Part shown: positions 1 to 8,682 of the stretch, piece after piece
Layout of the letters: every line of letters starts with the position of its first letter
Numbering within the stretch: position 1 is the first letter of the stretch
Assembly (NCBI GenBank): GCA_046726415.1
Contig: JBKPAK010000309.1
Location: 1 to 31,489, forward strand
Source: Candidatus Methylomirabilota bacterium
GTDB lineage: Bacteria; Methylomirabilota; Methylomirabilia; Rokubacteriales; CSP1-6
Direction: 5' to 3'
DNA: 31,489 nt
Made by a program: the position numbers and the translations under genes
Notes under the pieces: generated by a model
Databases searched by the model: none
What the model was told of the DNA's origin: nothing
The model's input: only the letters and a program-made list of their open reading frames with translations

Positions 1-2
1 CC

Positions 3-605
3 GGGCTCGACGGCGTCATGGCCAAGCGTCTGCACGAGCCGTATCGGGCCGGCGAGCGCACGATGATCAAGGTCAAGCACACGCGCACCGCCGACTGCGT
101 GGTCGCTGGCTTCCGCTGGCACAAAAAGGGTGTCGGCACGACGGTGGGCTCGCTCCTGCTGGGCCTCTACGACGACGAGCGCACGCTGCACCACGTCGGC
201 GTCACCGCGGCCTTCACCAACGCTGTGCGCAAGCAGCTCGTGGCCGAGCTGGCGCCGCTGCGGCAGAACGCGCTCGAAGGCCATCCCTGGCGCGACTGGG
301 CGGAGGCGGAGTCGGAAGCGAACGCGACGGGGCAGCGCTTGCCTGGGGCGAGCAGCCGTTGGAACCGGGGCAAGGACCTGAGCTGGGAGCCGCTCCGGCC
401 CGAGCGCGTCTGCGAGGTGGCGTACGACCACATGCAGGGGACTCGCTTCCGGCACGCCGCCCAGTTCATGCGCTGGCGTCCCGACAAGCGACCGCAAGAC
501 TGCCGATACGATCAATTGGAGGTCACGCCCCCCTACGAGCTGGAGCGCGTCTTCGGCGCCCGCAACCCGCGCGTCCCCGGCCCGACGTCGCGCCAGGGAT
601 CGTAG
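3..605 (+). CDS. ligC: ATP-dependent DNA ligase, LigC-type (5' partial)
   Basis: Frame open from the window edge: GLDGVMAK (ligase motif IV), MIKVKH (motif V), TADCVVAGFRWHK, GSLLLGLYD, WEPLRPERVCEVAYDHM, RFRH...RWRPDK are characteristic of LigC. Confidence 0.9.
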   Translation, partial: GLDGVMAKRLHEPYRAGERTMIKVKHTRTADCVVAGFRWHKKGVGTTVGSLLLGLYDDERTLHHVGVTAAFTNAVRKQLVAELAPLRQNALEGHPWRDWAEAESEANATGQRLPGASSRWNRGKDLSWEPLRPERVCEVAYDHMQGTRFRHAAQFMRWRPDKRPQDCRYDQLEVTPPYELERVFGARNPRVPGPTSRQGS

Positions 606-715
606 TCGGGATCGGGCGGCTGCTCGGCGGGGCACTCGCTCTCGGGAACATGGCGCACCGTGATCCGGATCCGCGTCCACGTCGATGAGCGGGCCGCGCA
701 TCGCTGACCGGCGAG
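533..715 (-). pseudogene. C-terminal remnant of a LigD-like primase-polymerase domain protein
   Basis: MRG/(R)SSTWTRIRITVRHVPESECPAEQPPDPDYDPWR, with a +1 frameshift after MRG, resembles the C-terminal extension of stand-alone LigD-type polymerase proteins that neighbour ligC. Confidence 0.5.
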
Positions 716-1065
716 GTCGACGCGATGACCAAGCGGGCGTGGAGACGTCGGTCGCATAAGGGTTGCATGGGCTGTTCGAGGGCCCGACCGGTGTGTAGCA
801 TGTAGCGGCTGCCCACCTGAACCCAGGAGAGCTCGGCCTCACGGTACTCTCGCCCCTTTCCCGCCAGGCGCCGCGCCCACCGTGGTGGGTGATGCCCCGA
901 GCCCACCTGGGTTTCAGTCGCGGCGTCCTCTCGGCGAAGGGCCGGTCGTCCTGGCCGGAGACCGCCGCAGGTCCTCCCCTTCCCCGGACGCTTGACTTTG
1001 CCGTCAGGCGGCGCGATCGTCGCGCGCAGCCGATCTCTCCCGAGACCTTCCGATCGGAGCACGCG

Positions 1066-2751
1066 ATGGGGGACGAAAGCTCGACGCCCGATCCCGCGGC
1101 CGCAGAACGGCAAGATGTCCGCGGCAGCCCGGGTGGCGGCTCTCTTGCCGACCAACTGTGGTGGTACCGCGACCTGCGCCAGCCGGCGCCGCCCATCCCC
1201 CCCGCTCGTTCGCGTGCGACTCGACGTCAACGCACGCTCGATGCACTCGCGTGTCTCGCGTTGTCGACGCTCTGCTTCAGCCAGGCGTGCCGCGAGGCGC
1301 TGTTCGCGGGCTGGAACTTCTACAACCGCGTGCCGCTCGGGGCGCCGGTGCTCGTGGCGCTTCTGCTCAACATCGTCGGGCTCGCCGCGGTAGGCTTCCT
1401 GGGTGTTCAGGTGATCCGACGCGTCCGGCGTCAAGCCTGGCGTCGTCTCGCTGCCGTCGGCGCCGCGGCAACGCTGCTGATCGCGCTGAACTTCGCGCGC
1501 ATCACACACGAAACCGTGGACCGATGGACAGACGCGATTGGCCATCCCGGATTGCTTGCTCTCGCCGTCCTGATGCTGGCGGCATCGCTCGGCTGGCCCC
1601 AGCGCGCCTTGCCCGTGATTCGACGCGTCGCCCTGATCGCGTCGCCGCTGGCGGTCCTCACGATGAGTCTCGCCCTGTGGATGTTCATCGAGGTGGCGGC
1701 AGGCCCGGTGTGGCGTCGGGTCGACCCAGCTCCCCTCGACCGGCCCCCGCCAAGTCTCCGGCGCGTCGTCTGGCTCGTGCTCGAAGAGCTGGATCAGCGC
1801 ATCGCGTTTGAGGCGCGACCGACTGGTCTCGAGCTGCCGGAGCTGGATCGCCTGAGACGTCAATCGCTGTATGCCGACGCCGCGCGCCCGCCGGCGGGCA
1901 CGCCGGAAGTCTCGATGCCCGCGCTCATCACGGGGCGCCCGGTCGTCGCCGTCGCGCCGGCGAACCCGCACGATCTCGAGCTCACGTTCAGCGACGGCGA
2001 GGCGGCGCGATGGAGCGCGCACCCGAACGTGTTCTCGCGCGCGCGGGCGATGGGCTACGACACGGCGGTGATCGGGTGGCACGTGCCGTACCCCCGTGTC
2101 CTTGGCGCCTCGCTCGGAGTCGCGGACTGGAGACCGTCCGACGTTTACGAACAAGCTCGCGCCGACACGTTCGGTCAGACGCTCCGAAACCAGTGGGGCA
2201 GCCTGGCGCCACCGGTGAACGTCCGCCGGCTGTTGGCAGAGAGGGTTGCGGAGCTCGGCGACCTGGCCATCCGCACCGCGGCCGACGGTCGCTTTGGGCT
2301 CGTGCTGCTTCACCTGCCGGTTCCACGGCCGCCGGGCATCTACGATCGCGCCGCCGGACGTCTCACGACGTGGAACTTCACCGCGGTAGGTGGGGGTTAT
2401 TTCGACAACCTCGCGCTGGCCGACCGGATGATCGCGGAGCTGCGACGTGGCCTCGAGCGGGCGCGCCTCGATGACCGCACGTGGCTCATCGTGAGCGCCG
2501 ATCTGTGGTGGAGGGCGTCGAAGCACTACGATGGGCACGTGGACCACCGCGTGCCGTTCCTCGTGCGACCGCCGGACGGCAGCCGCGCAACGCACGTCGA
2601 CGCCGCATTCAACACGCTGGCCACGCACGATTTGGTGCTGGCGATCCTGCGCGGCTCCATCCAGGACACGAGCGACGCGGCCGGCTGGCTCGCGCGCAAC
2701 CAAGTGGCGCCGCCACGGGATTACACTCGCTCGGGCCGGCCTATCTACTGA
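1066..2751 (+). CDS. Membrane-anchored sulfatase-like (alkaline phosphatase superfamily) hydrolase/transferase
   Basis: GGAG RBS before ATG 1066; about 5 N-terminal hydrophobic helices, then RVVWLVLEELD, T-x-x-S-M-P-A-L-I-T-G, YFDNLALADR, WLIVSAD, DHRVPFLV. Confidence 0.75.
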   Translation: MGDESSTPDPAAAERQDVRGSPGGGSLADQLWWYRDLRQPAPPIPPARSRATRRQRTLDALACLALSTLCFSQACREALFAGWNFYNRVPLGAPVLVALLLNIVGLAAVGFLGVQVIRRVRRQAWRRLAAVGAAATLLIALNFARITHETVDRWTDAIGHPGLLALAVLMLAASLGWPQRALPVIRRVALIASPLAVLTMSLALWMFIEVAAGPVWRRVDPAPLDRPPPSLRRVVWLVLEELDQRIAFEARPTGLELPELDRLRRQSLYADAARPPAGTPEVSMPALITGRPVVAVAPANPHDLELTFSDGEAARWSAHPNVFSRARAMGYDTAVIGWHVPYPRVLGASLGVADWRPSDVYEQARADTFGQTLRNQWGSLAPPVNVRRLLAERVAELGDLAIRTAADGRFGLVLLHLPVPRPPGIYDRAAGRLTTWNFTAVGGGYFDNLALADRMIAELRRGLERARLDDRTWLIVSADLWWRASKHYDGHVDHRVPFLVRPPDGSRATHVDAAFNTLATHDLVLAILRGSIQDTSDAAGWLARNQVAPPRDYTRSGRPIY

Positions 2752-2872
2752 GTGTTGAGGGCGCAACGATGCCGGACTCGGCGGCCGCTTGGAAGTCGGA
2801 CGCGTCACTTTGTGTCGGCCGATGGGCCCGTTCGTGGTCGCCTTCCCCAGGCGACGACCGCCGGCTTCCACA

Positions 2873-3010
2873 CGACACACGTTCCCGTCGTGGCTTTTGC
2901 CGCGAGCGCTCCCATCACCGACGTCAGTGCCCGGCTCGGACACGCCACGCCCATGACGACGCTGCGCTTTTGCGCGAAGTGGATTCCGAGCAAGGGGCCG
3001 GCGCTGGCCA
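2873..3010 (+). pseudogene. Tyrosine recombinase/phage integrase C-terminal remnant
   Basis: RHTFPSWLL, frameshift, then APITDVSARLGHATPMTTLRFCAKWIP (box II RHT...LGH); the usual catalytic Tyr region reads FC. Confidence 0.7.
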
Positions 3011-3040
3011 TTGGAGTTCTCGACCGCCCGGTCAGACTCC
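3008..3040 (+). repeat. 33-bp direct repeat, copy 1 (possible IS end)
   Basis: ccattggagttctcgaccgcccggtcagactcc; 31/33 identical to 5209-5241. Confidence 0.85.
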
Positions 3041-3214
3041 TCGAGGATGTTGATCCGGTCGATGCTCTCCTGATCCACCATGTCCACGCCGGTCAGCACA
3101 ACGGCCGAATGCGCGTGCCCGAAGCGCCCTCGAGCCCCCAGCATCCGCGCGTTGGTGATTCCTGTGGACGCAGGGCCGTGCCTCGGTGTCCAAGAGGTGA
3201 ACGAATGGAGGCTA

Positions 3215-3496
3215 CTACCGACTGACTTTCGTGATTTTCGAGCCCTGCAGGCCGAGACCCCCCATCAATCCTTTCTGGCGAAAGATGAAGGCATAGACAT
3301 CGTCCCGGCCCGTCGTCGTCGTGAGGCTCTTGGTTTCCCGGCGTCCACCACGACGACCGTTGGGCCCGCTCCGATTTCGAAACCCGCGCTGTCCTCGAGA
3401 TACTTCAGTGCCGAATCCGTCATGAAAAACATGACATACGCGAACCCCTGCGCGCCAGCCTGCAAGCCATACGACGCCGCAGCAATGTTGTAGTAG
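3215..3496 (-). pseudogene. YSC84/SYLF lipid-binding domain protein, 3' remnant
   Basis: YYNIAAASYGLQAGAQGFAYVMFFMTDSALKYLEDSAGFEIGAGPTVVVVDAGK, frameshift near 3333, then KSLTTTTGRDDVYAFIFRQKGLMGGLGLQGSKITK; 5' part missing. Confidence 0.85.
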
Positions 3497-3500
3497 ATTT

Positions 3501-3575
3501 CCGGGGACCTTCGAGGCCGTCACCCGGCAGAACATGCAGCAGCTCCTCCAGGGGATGTTGGAGGAAGAAGTGGGT
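3501..3575 (+). mobile_element. IS256-like transposase N-terminal fragment
   Basis: TFEAVTRQNMQQLLQGMLEEEV resembles the IS256 N-terminal ...QQLLQxxLEEEV motif; very short. Confidence 0.4.
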
Positions 3576-3611
3576 CGTGATACGACAGGTGGCCACACCA
3601 AGGAGACTCCA

Positions 3612-3660
3612 ATGGCGACCGTGACCGTCTTGAACTTCAACACCCTCGAGGGAGCGGACG
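3612..3660 (+). pseudogene. DUF1269-like N-terminal fragment
   Basis: AAGGAG RBS then MATVTVLNFNTLEGAD, similar to DUF1269 starts; similarity ends immediately afterwards. Confidence 0.35.
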
Positions 3661-3808
3661 TGGAGGGTGACGTCGGTGCGAAGGGCGCCACCTCCGCGGA
3701 CGTCACGGGCCCGTTGGCAGGGCAGGTCGGCCTCGGGGCCGACGTGAAAGCGCTTTTCCTCGAAGGCTACCCGAGCTACCGGGTCGGGAACAACGACGCG
3801 AGGTATGC

Positions 3809-4891
3809 GTGGTGAAGGCTCCCGTGGCGGACTGGACCGTCACTGTCCCCGTCGCTTCGGCACTGCTGCTGGGGGCAGCCCTGTATCTGCCGCTGAACCC
3901 CGCCCTGGCCCTGGCCTGTGTCGCTGCGCTGATGGCCGTCGTGGTCGCGGCCGTGCATCACGCCGAGGTGGTGGCGCACCGGGTGGGCGAGCCCTTCGGA
4001 ACGCTGGTGCTGGCCCTCGCGATCACGGTGATCGAAGTGGCCCTGATCGTGTCGATGATGCTCGCCGCCGGCGCGGAGAAGGCCGCGCTGGCCCGCGATT
4101 CAGTGTACGCGGCGGTGATGCTCATTTGCACAGGGGTCGTCGGCGCCTGCGTGCTGGCCGGGGCGCTGCGCCACCGCGAGCAGTCGTTCCGCCTCGAAGG
4201 GGCCGGGCCAGCGCTCGCAGCCCTCGTCACGTTGGCCACGATGGTGCTGATCCTGCCGGTCGTCACAACGTCGGCGCCTGGGCCGCGCTACTCGAAGGCC
4301 CAGCTCGCTTTCACCGCGGTGGCCTCGTTCTCGCTCTGGGCGGTGTTCGTATTCGTCCAGACGATTCGCCACCGCGACTACTTCCTGCCTCCGGAGGGCG
4401 CCGACGACGAGAGCGCCCATGCCGCGCCGCCCACACTGCGCCAGGCCTGGGTGAGTTTCGCGCTCCTGCTCGTGTCGCTCGTGGCGGTGGTCGGGCTGGC
4501 CAAAGTGCTTTCGCCGGCTATCGAGGCCGTCGTGGATGCGGTCGAGGCGCCGCAGGCCGTGATCGGCGTCGCGATCGCGGCGCTCGTGCTGCTGCCCGAA
4601 GCCTCTGCCGCCGTGCGCGCGGCGCTCGCGAACCGCCTGCAGACGAGCATGAACCTCGCGCTGGGTTCCGCGCTGGCCTGCATCGGGCTGACGATCCCGG
4701 CGGTGGCGCTGGCCTCGGTCTTGTTGGACCTGCCGCTGGTGCTCGGGCTCGACGCGAAGGACCTCGTCCTGCTGGGCCTCGCGTTCCTGGTCAGCACTAT
4801 CACGCTGGGCACCGGCCGCACGACGCTGATGCAGGGAGCGGTGCATCTCGTGATCTTCGCGGCGTTCCTTTTCCTGACGCTGTTGCCCTGA
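3809..4891 (+). CDS. chaA: Ca2+/H+ antiporter, ChaA/CaCA family
   Basis: About 10 TM helices; VHHAEVVAHRVGEPFGTLVLALAITVIEVALI, LARDSVYA, FVQTIRHRDYF, LLPEA...NRLQTSMNLALGSALACIGLTIP, QGAVHLVIF; exact start uncertain. Confidence 0.93.
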   Translation: MVKAPVADWTVTVPVASALLLGAALYLPLNPALALACVAALMAVVVAAVHHAEVVAHRVGEPFGTLVLALAITVIEVALIVSMMLAAGAEKAALARDSVYAAVMLICTGVVGACVLAGALRHREQSFRLEGAGPALAALVTLATMVLILPVVTTSAPGPRYSKAQLAFTAVASFSLWAVFVFVQTIRHRDYFLPPEGADDESAHAAPPTLRQAWVSFALLLVSLVAVVGLAKVLSPAIEAVVDAVEAPQAVIGVAIAALVLLPEASAAVRAALANRLQTSMNLALGSALACIGLTIPAVALASVLLDLPLVLGLDAKDLVLLGLAFLVSTITLGTGRTTLMQGAVHLVIFAAFLFLTLLP

Positions 4892-5208
4892 GCGAGGAGC
4901 GCGCGGCACGCGGCCCGACGACTGAGGAGCCTCAGACGTGAAGTCTGACAGGATACTGCGGACGGATGGCGCCGATCTTCGCGTTCGTGGCGGTGATCGT
5001 ATCGTCGATCGCCTTGCCGAGCTCCTGAACCTCCTTGTTGGGCGTCTCCCGTCTGGCTTGAGGCTCGCCACCGGGAGGATCGTCTCTGCCCGCCGCTCGG
5101 TCAAAGCCGTCGGTGCCGCGGTTTGCTAGGCTCGACGGTAGTGCGAAGGAGAGAACCTCGAGGATCAAACGCCTCTCCCGCAGGAGAGTCGTCATAGCTC
5201 GCGCCCTA

Positions 5209-5241
5209 CCATTTGAGTTCTCGACCGCCCTGTCAGACTCC
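5209..5241 (+). repeat. 33-bp direct repeat, copy 2 (possible IS end)
   Basis: ccatttgagttctcgaccgccctgtcagactcc; 31/33 identical to 3008-3040. Confidence 0.85.
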
Positions 5242-5337
5242 AGCAGTGGTCCGCTTCGGTATGATCGCGGCTCCATTCTCGTGGAATAGAGTGGACCATC
5301 CGCAATGCCCCCGCACACTCTTGGCCGGCCGTCGGGA

Positions 5338-5891
5338 TCACCAGACGCGGTCCCAGAGACCTTCGTAGCGGGTGACGAGGCCGGTGGCATCGACGGCGAC
5401 GGCGGCGGCGAAGGCCCCCGACTCGTAGCGATAGAGGCCGCCGCTGGCGTCCCGGCCCAGGCAGGTATAGCGCTGGCGCTGGGGATGGACGTCGAGCTCG
5501 GGCAGGCTGATGTAGACGACCTCCAGGTCGGCGGCGGCGCCGGGGGCGAGCTCGAGGCGGCGAATCGCCAGCGTGTTGGTGAAGGGAGAGAGGTTGATGT
5601 CGACGTCCACCGACGCCGCCAGGGCCGGAAGCACCTGCCCGCCGCGATCCACCCGCCAGCAGCGCCGTTGACGAGCTCGAGGCGCCGTCCCGTGCCCAGG
5701 GACTCCACGGAAAGACGCTCGACCCGCCACCGCGCATTGCAGATGATCTCGTAGCGACTGCCCACCAGCTCCCCTTCCGGGGAGGCGATCAACACGCTTC
5801 TCGCCGTAACCCCTTCTCGTCCCTCGACCAGCTCGAGGCGTTCCACCCCCGGCCACCCGCGCGCTCGCCACACCACGTCCGTTGTCCTCAT
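5338..5891 (-). pseudogene. Putative glycolipid-binding domain protein (DUF1089), single frameshift
   Basis: MRTTDVVWRARGWPGVERLEL...YEIICNARWRVER in one frame and VDVDINLSPFTNTLAIRRL...QRYTCL...YRYESGAF...VDATGLVTRYEGLW in another; shift near 5650. Confidence 0.85.
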
Positions 5892-5917
5892 GGGCCGTCT
5901 CCGTCCGGGCGGGTCCT

Positions 5918-5945
5918 GTAACCTTCTACTAGCTTAGAAGGTTAC
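5918..5945. promoter_or_regulatory. Perfect 11-bp inverted repeat, probable operator of the CGNR regulator
   Basis: GTAACCTTCTA-ctagct-TAGAAGGTTAC between the divergent DUF1089 and CGNR genes. Confidence 0.7.
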
Positions 5946-5984
5946 CCAGAAAATCTTGAGCCCTGCAACGGTTAGACTGAGTGG

Positions 5985-6578
5985 GTGCGGAGAGACCCTC
6001 GCGACCTCCGGGCCGCGCCCGGCCGGCTCGAGCTCGTGCGCGAGCTGCTGAACTCCTGGCGCATCCCGAACGACACGCGCGTTCCCGCCGATCTCTTCGG
6101 CCGGGGTCTCGCCGCCACGCGAGGGGCGTCGCGCCGCGAGGCGGTCGCCCTCCGCGCCCTCCGGGACGACCTCCGTGCCTGCGTCGAGTATCCGGGCGGC
6201 GGCGCGGAACGCCTCAACACGTGGATCCGGAGGCTCGGGGTCTCCCCCGTGGTCGCGGAGGGGGCGCTCCGCTTCGAGGCCGCCCGAGGAGCGCCGGGCC
6301 GGATCCTCGGCATCGTGCTCGCCGCGATCGCGGACGGCCAGTGGGCGAGGCTCAAAGCGTGCCCAGACTGCCGGTGGGTCTTCTATGATCACACGAGGAA
6401 CGGGGGCAAGCGCTGGTGCCTGATGTATGCGGGCGGGCCGCGCGGCCGCGCGTGCGGGACGATCGCCAAGGTCCGCCGCTATCGCGAGCGCCAGCGCCGC
6501 GACGCGGGGCGCCGGCCCGGCGCGAAGAGCCGCAGCGCGCAGAGGCCCCGACGCGTGCTCGCCGGCCGCGACACTTGA
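5985..6578 (+). CDS. ABATE/CGNR zinc-finger transcriptional regulator
   Basis: APGRLELVRELLNS (ABATE N-term); WARLKACPDCRWVFYDHTRNGGKRWCLM...CGTIAKVRRYRER (CGNR zinc finger). Confidence 0.92.
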   Translation: MRRDPRDLRAAPGRLELVRELLNSWRIPNDTRVPADLFGRGLAATRGASRREAVALRALRDDLRACVEYPGGGAERLNTWIRRLGVSPVVAEGALRFEAARGAPGRILGIVLAAIADGQWARLKACPDCRWVFYDHTRNGGKRWCLMYAGGPRGRACGTIAKVRRYRERQRRDAGRRPGAKSRSAQRPRRVLAGRDT

Positions 6579-6599
6579 CTCGGTGGCCGGGACCGGCCG

Positions 6600-6790
6600 C
6601 TGGAGCGAGCGCTCCAGATCGGCGAAGAAATCGTATTCGTACGCCTCACGGGCAGGGCGGTCACCGCGAAGCGGCAGCCATGGTTGTAGAGCGTGGTGTT
6701 GACGATGAGCCCCGGGCTATCGCCGGCCTTCTCCCGCACGCTGATGTCCTGCATGCGGGCTTCGCCGTACATCATGGCGCTCTTCGGCGC
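6600..6790 (-). pseudogene. Patatin-like phospholipase internal fragment
   Basis: MYGEARMQDI...DSPGLIVNTTLYNHGCRF resembles the patatin P-x-L-I-x-N-x-T-x-x-x-x-G-x-R-F segment; no termini. Confidence 0.4.
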
Positions 6791-6844
6791 CACTGGCTCA
6801 TGAGGACCAGGCGGTACGGGTGTGCTACGCGTCGCCGGCTCGTG

Positions 6845-6932
6845 AGCCCGCGAGCTGCTTCAGTCGGTCTGTGGGTCCGAACAATGCCTCCAGGCCGATC
6901 CAGATGAAGAGGTAGCGCATGTCGAACTCGCC
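6845..6932 (-). pseudogene. Possible Apea-like HEPN domain fragment
   Basis: Frame not in the ORF track reads EFDMRYLFIWIGLEALFGP, similar to the (W)xxLEALF helix of Apea-HEPN proteins; stop codon upstream. Confidence 0.3.
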
Positions 6933-7084
6933 GACAGCCCTGCCGCAAGCTCTCTGGCCAATTCAAGATCGTCGACGCCAAGCCTCTCGTCGGCGTAGTC
7001 GTCCGTGGCGAGTCGTGCGTTACCTGAGACGGGCCTTTCAGCTACCATCTAAGAATGCCTGACGGTCCGGTCCGCCAGCCCTTC

Positions 7085-7322
7085 CTACTCGCGACCGCCT
7101 GGTCGCCGTCCAGCTTCCCGACACCGTGCCCGACGTCCGCATGCTTCGCGCACGGCTCGACTCGCCGTCCCGGCATGGGGAACGTCGCCGAAGCGATGCA
7201 CGCCCATCGCTACGATGTGCGTTTGCCTCAGTCGTCGTCTGGTGGTGGGCCGAGTTTTGCCGAGCCCAATCAACCTGCTGCCGCGGTGGCTCGGGCAGGG
7301 TCGCGACGCGACGCCGTGGTGA
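7085..7322 (+). pseudogene. Degenerate small hypothetical protein of a Rokubacteria-like family
   Basis: Segments in shifting frames: MLRARLDS / PGMGNVAEAMHAHRYDVRL / WWAEFCRAQ / LPRWLGQGRDATPW, resembling the WLDSWxGIG...GYDLxL...GxAxxxTPW family from memory. Confidence 0.4.
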
Positions 7323-7369
7323 CTCGGCGATCGATACGCTGATCAAGACGATGGAGGATTGACGCTGCG

Positions 7370-7642
7370 GTGGCCAAGCGCCAGCCCCCACGCGCCAGCG
7401 ACCAGCCCGAGCTGCTGTTCGCAACGACGAAGAAAGCTGGCAGGTCGCCCGAAGAGATCGCGCGCGCTGCCGTGGCGCGGCGCGCCAGGTCGCCCTCAGG
7501 AAACATCCTCTTCACGATCAGCCTCGCGCTGCCCCGCGTCGTCGCGGAGTGGCTAACGGCGCGGGCGGTCCGCGAGGAGAAGAACATCGACGGCGTCGTC
7601 ACGGACATTCTCGAAGCGGAGGCGCGGCGGCGCGGGTCATGA
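7370..7642 (+). CDS. Small hypothetical protein, possible ribbon-helix-helix C-terminus
   Basis: GGAGG upstream of GTG; ILFTISLALPRVVAEWLTARAVREEKNIDGVVTDILE shows a beta-alpha-alpha pattern. Confidence 0.55.
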   Translation: MAKRQPPRASDQPELLFATTKKAGRSPEEIARAAVARRARSPSGNILFTISLALPRVVAEWLTARAVREEKNIDGVVTDILEAEARRRGS

Positions 7643-7813
7643 GCAATCACGGCGCCAGGTGGCCTCATCGTGGCTGGCGCCATCCTCACGGTGGTGGGCG
7701 CTTGCATCGTCCTAGTGCGGGTCTACGACGTACCCACGTACTGGGTCCCGCTTATTGCCGGGATCGGGCTCCTCTTCGCCGGCATCATCCGTCAGCTCCT
7801 CACGAGGCGGTGA
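7639..7813 (+). pseudogene. Small two-TM membrane protein, apparent frameshift near the start
   Basis: ATGA overlap with the upstream stop; alternative frame GGLIVAGAILTVVGACIVLVRVYDVPTYWVPLIAGIGLLFAGIIRQLLTRR*. Confidence 0.45.
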
Positions 7814-7974
7814 TACCGAGGGTGATGATAGCCTCGGCGCAGTTGCGGCTTGTGTCACTCGTCGATCCGCCGATGGCCCTGACGCCGTGGCCGCCTGGAT
7901 CAGCTCGACCGGATCACCCGGCGGATGATCGGCGATCGGATGAGACACGGCCCGACGCCAGAAACCGATGCGGG

Positions 7975-8175
7975 GGTTTTCGAGCGCGGCGAGAGCCTGT
8001 TCTCGGCACTCCACGGCCTCCACGAGGGCCAAATGGGACCAAGCCTGCGCGCCAGCGCGGGTCAGGTATGTGAAGGCCTTGTCCCAGATTTCGGCCTGAC
8101 GGTAGTGGGTGCCGTTAGCCAGCTCGGGGCCCGTGGCATTCTCCCCGTGGGCGCGTTCGATGGTTTCTGAGTCTG
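7975..8175 (-). pseudogene. Fragment of an AAA-ATPase/TPR (adenylate cyclase-type STAND) protein
   Basis: ETIERAHG...HYRQAEIWDKAFTYLTRAGAQA...EAVECREQALAAL is typical of the post-ATPase TPR region of cyclase/LuxR AAA proteins. Confidence 0.6.
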
Positions 8176-8682
8176 GAGGAGATTGCGCAGTCCCCGCCCA
8201 CGCTTTCGGCTGCGGCGATTCGGCGGCCGTCCACACGGCAGTCGACGCGTACGTCTTTGCTTGGCGTGAACTCAATCACCCTCGTGTCCTGCCAGCCGTG
8301 ATCTGTGAGGATCACCCGTGGCTGGAATGGCCGCATCACCAATGCCCAGCTCCCGGGATGCTGGTGTCCGAACCCGACACGGTCCATGAGATCGCCAGCC
8401 TTATGTCGGACAGGGACTGAGCTTTCCGGCGCCTGCTGTTCGGTGCGGGCGCACGACGAGGCACGGATTCAGGCGGCATGGCGCGATCGCGAAGATCACG
8501 TGCCCGATCCCGCCTGGCCGGACCGTGCGAATGCCACTGCGCTTTGTCTCCCGGCCGCTGGTCTGCCTCAAGGACCCGATCCTGTGGCGTCGATGCGGGT
8601 GAACCTCCTCACGCGGCGCGTGATCGGCCGGAGGATGAGCGCCCTGGCCCGGACCGGGGCGCTCGGTTCCCGCGTGTTGGCG

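Noticed and set aside
752..768. Sigma54-like TCGCAT-N5-TTGCA (similar near-matches at ~12490 and ~24050)
   Set aside because: Lacks the invariant -24 GG.
523..3144. 873-aa minus-strand ORF
   Set aside because: Antisense shadow of the sulfatase-like gene; Arg-rich, no motifs, typical of high-GC DNA.
4932..5060. ELGKAIDDTITATNAKI segment, vaguely BON-domain-like
   Set aside because: Too short and degenerate to call.
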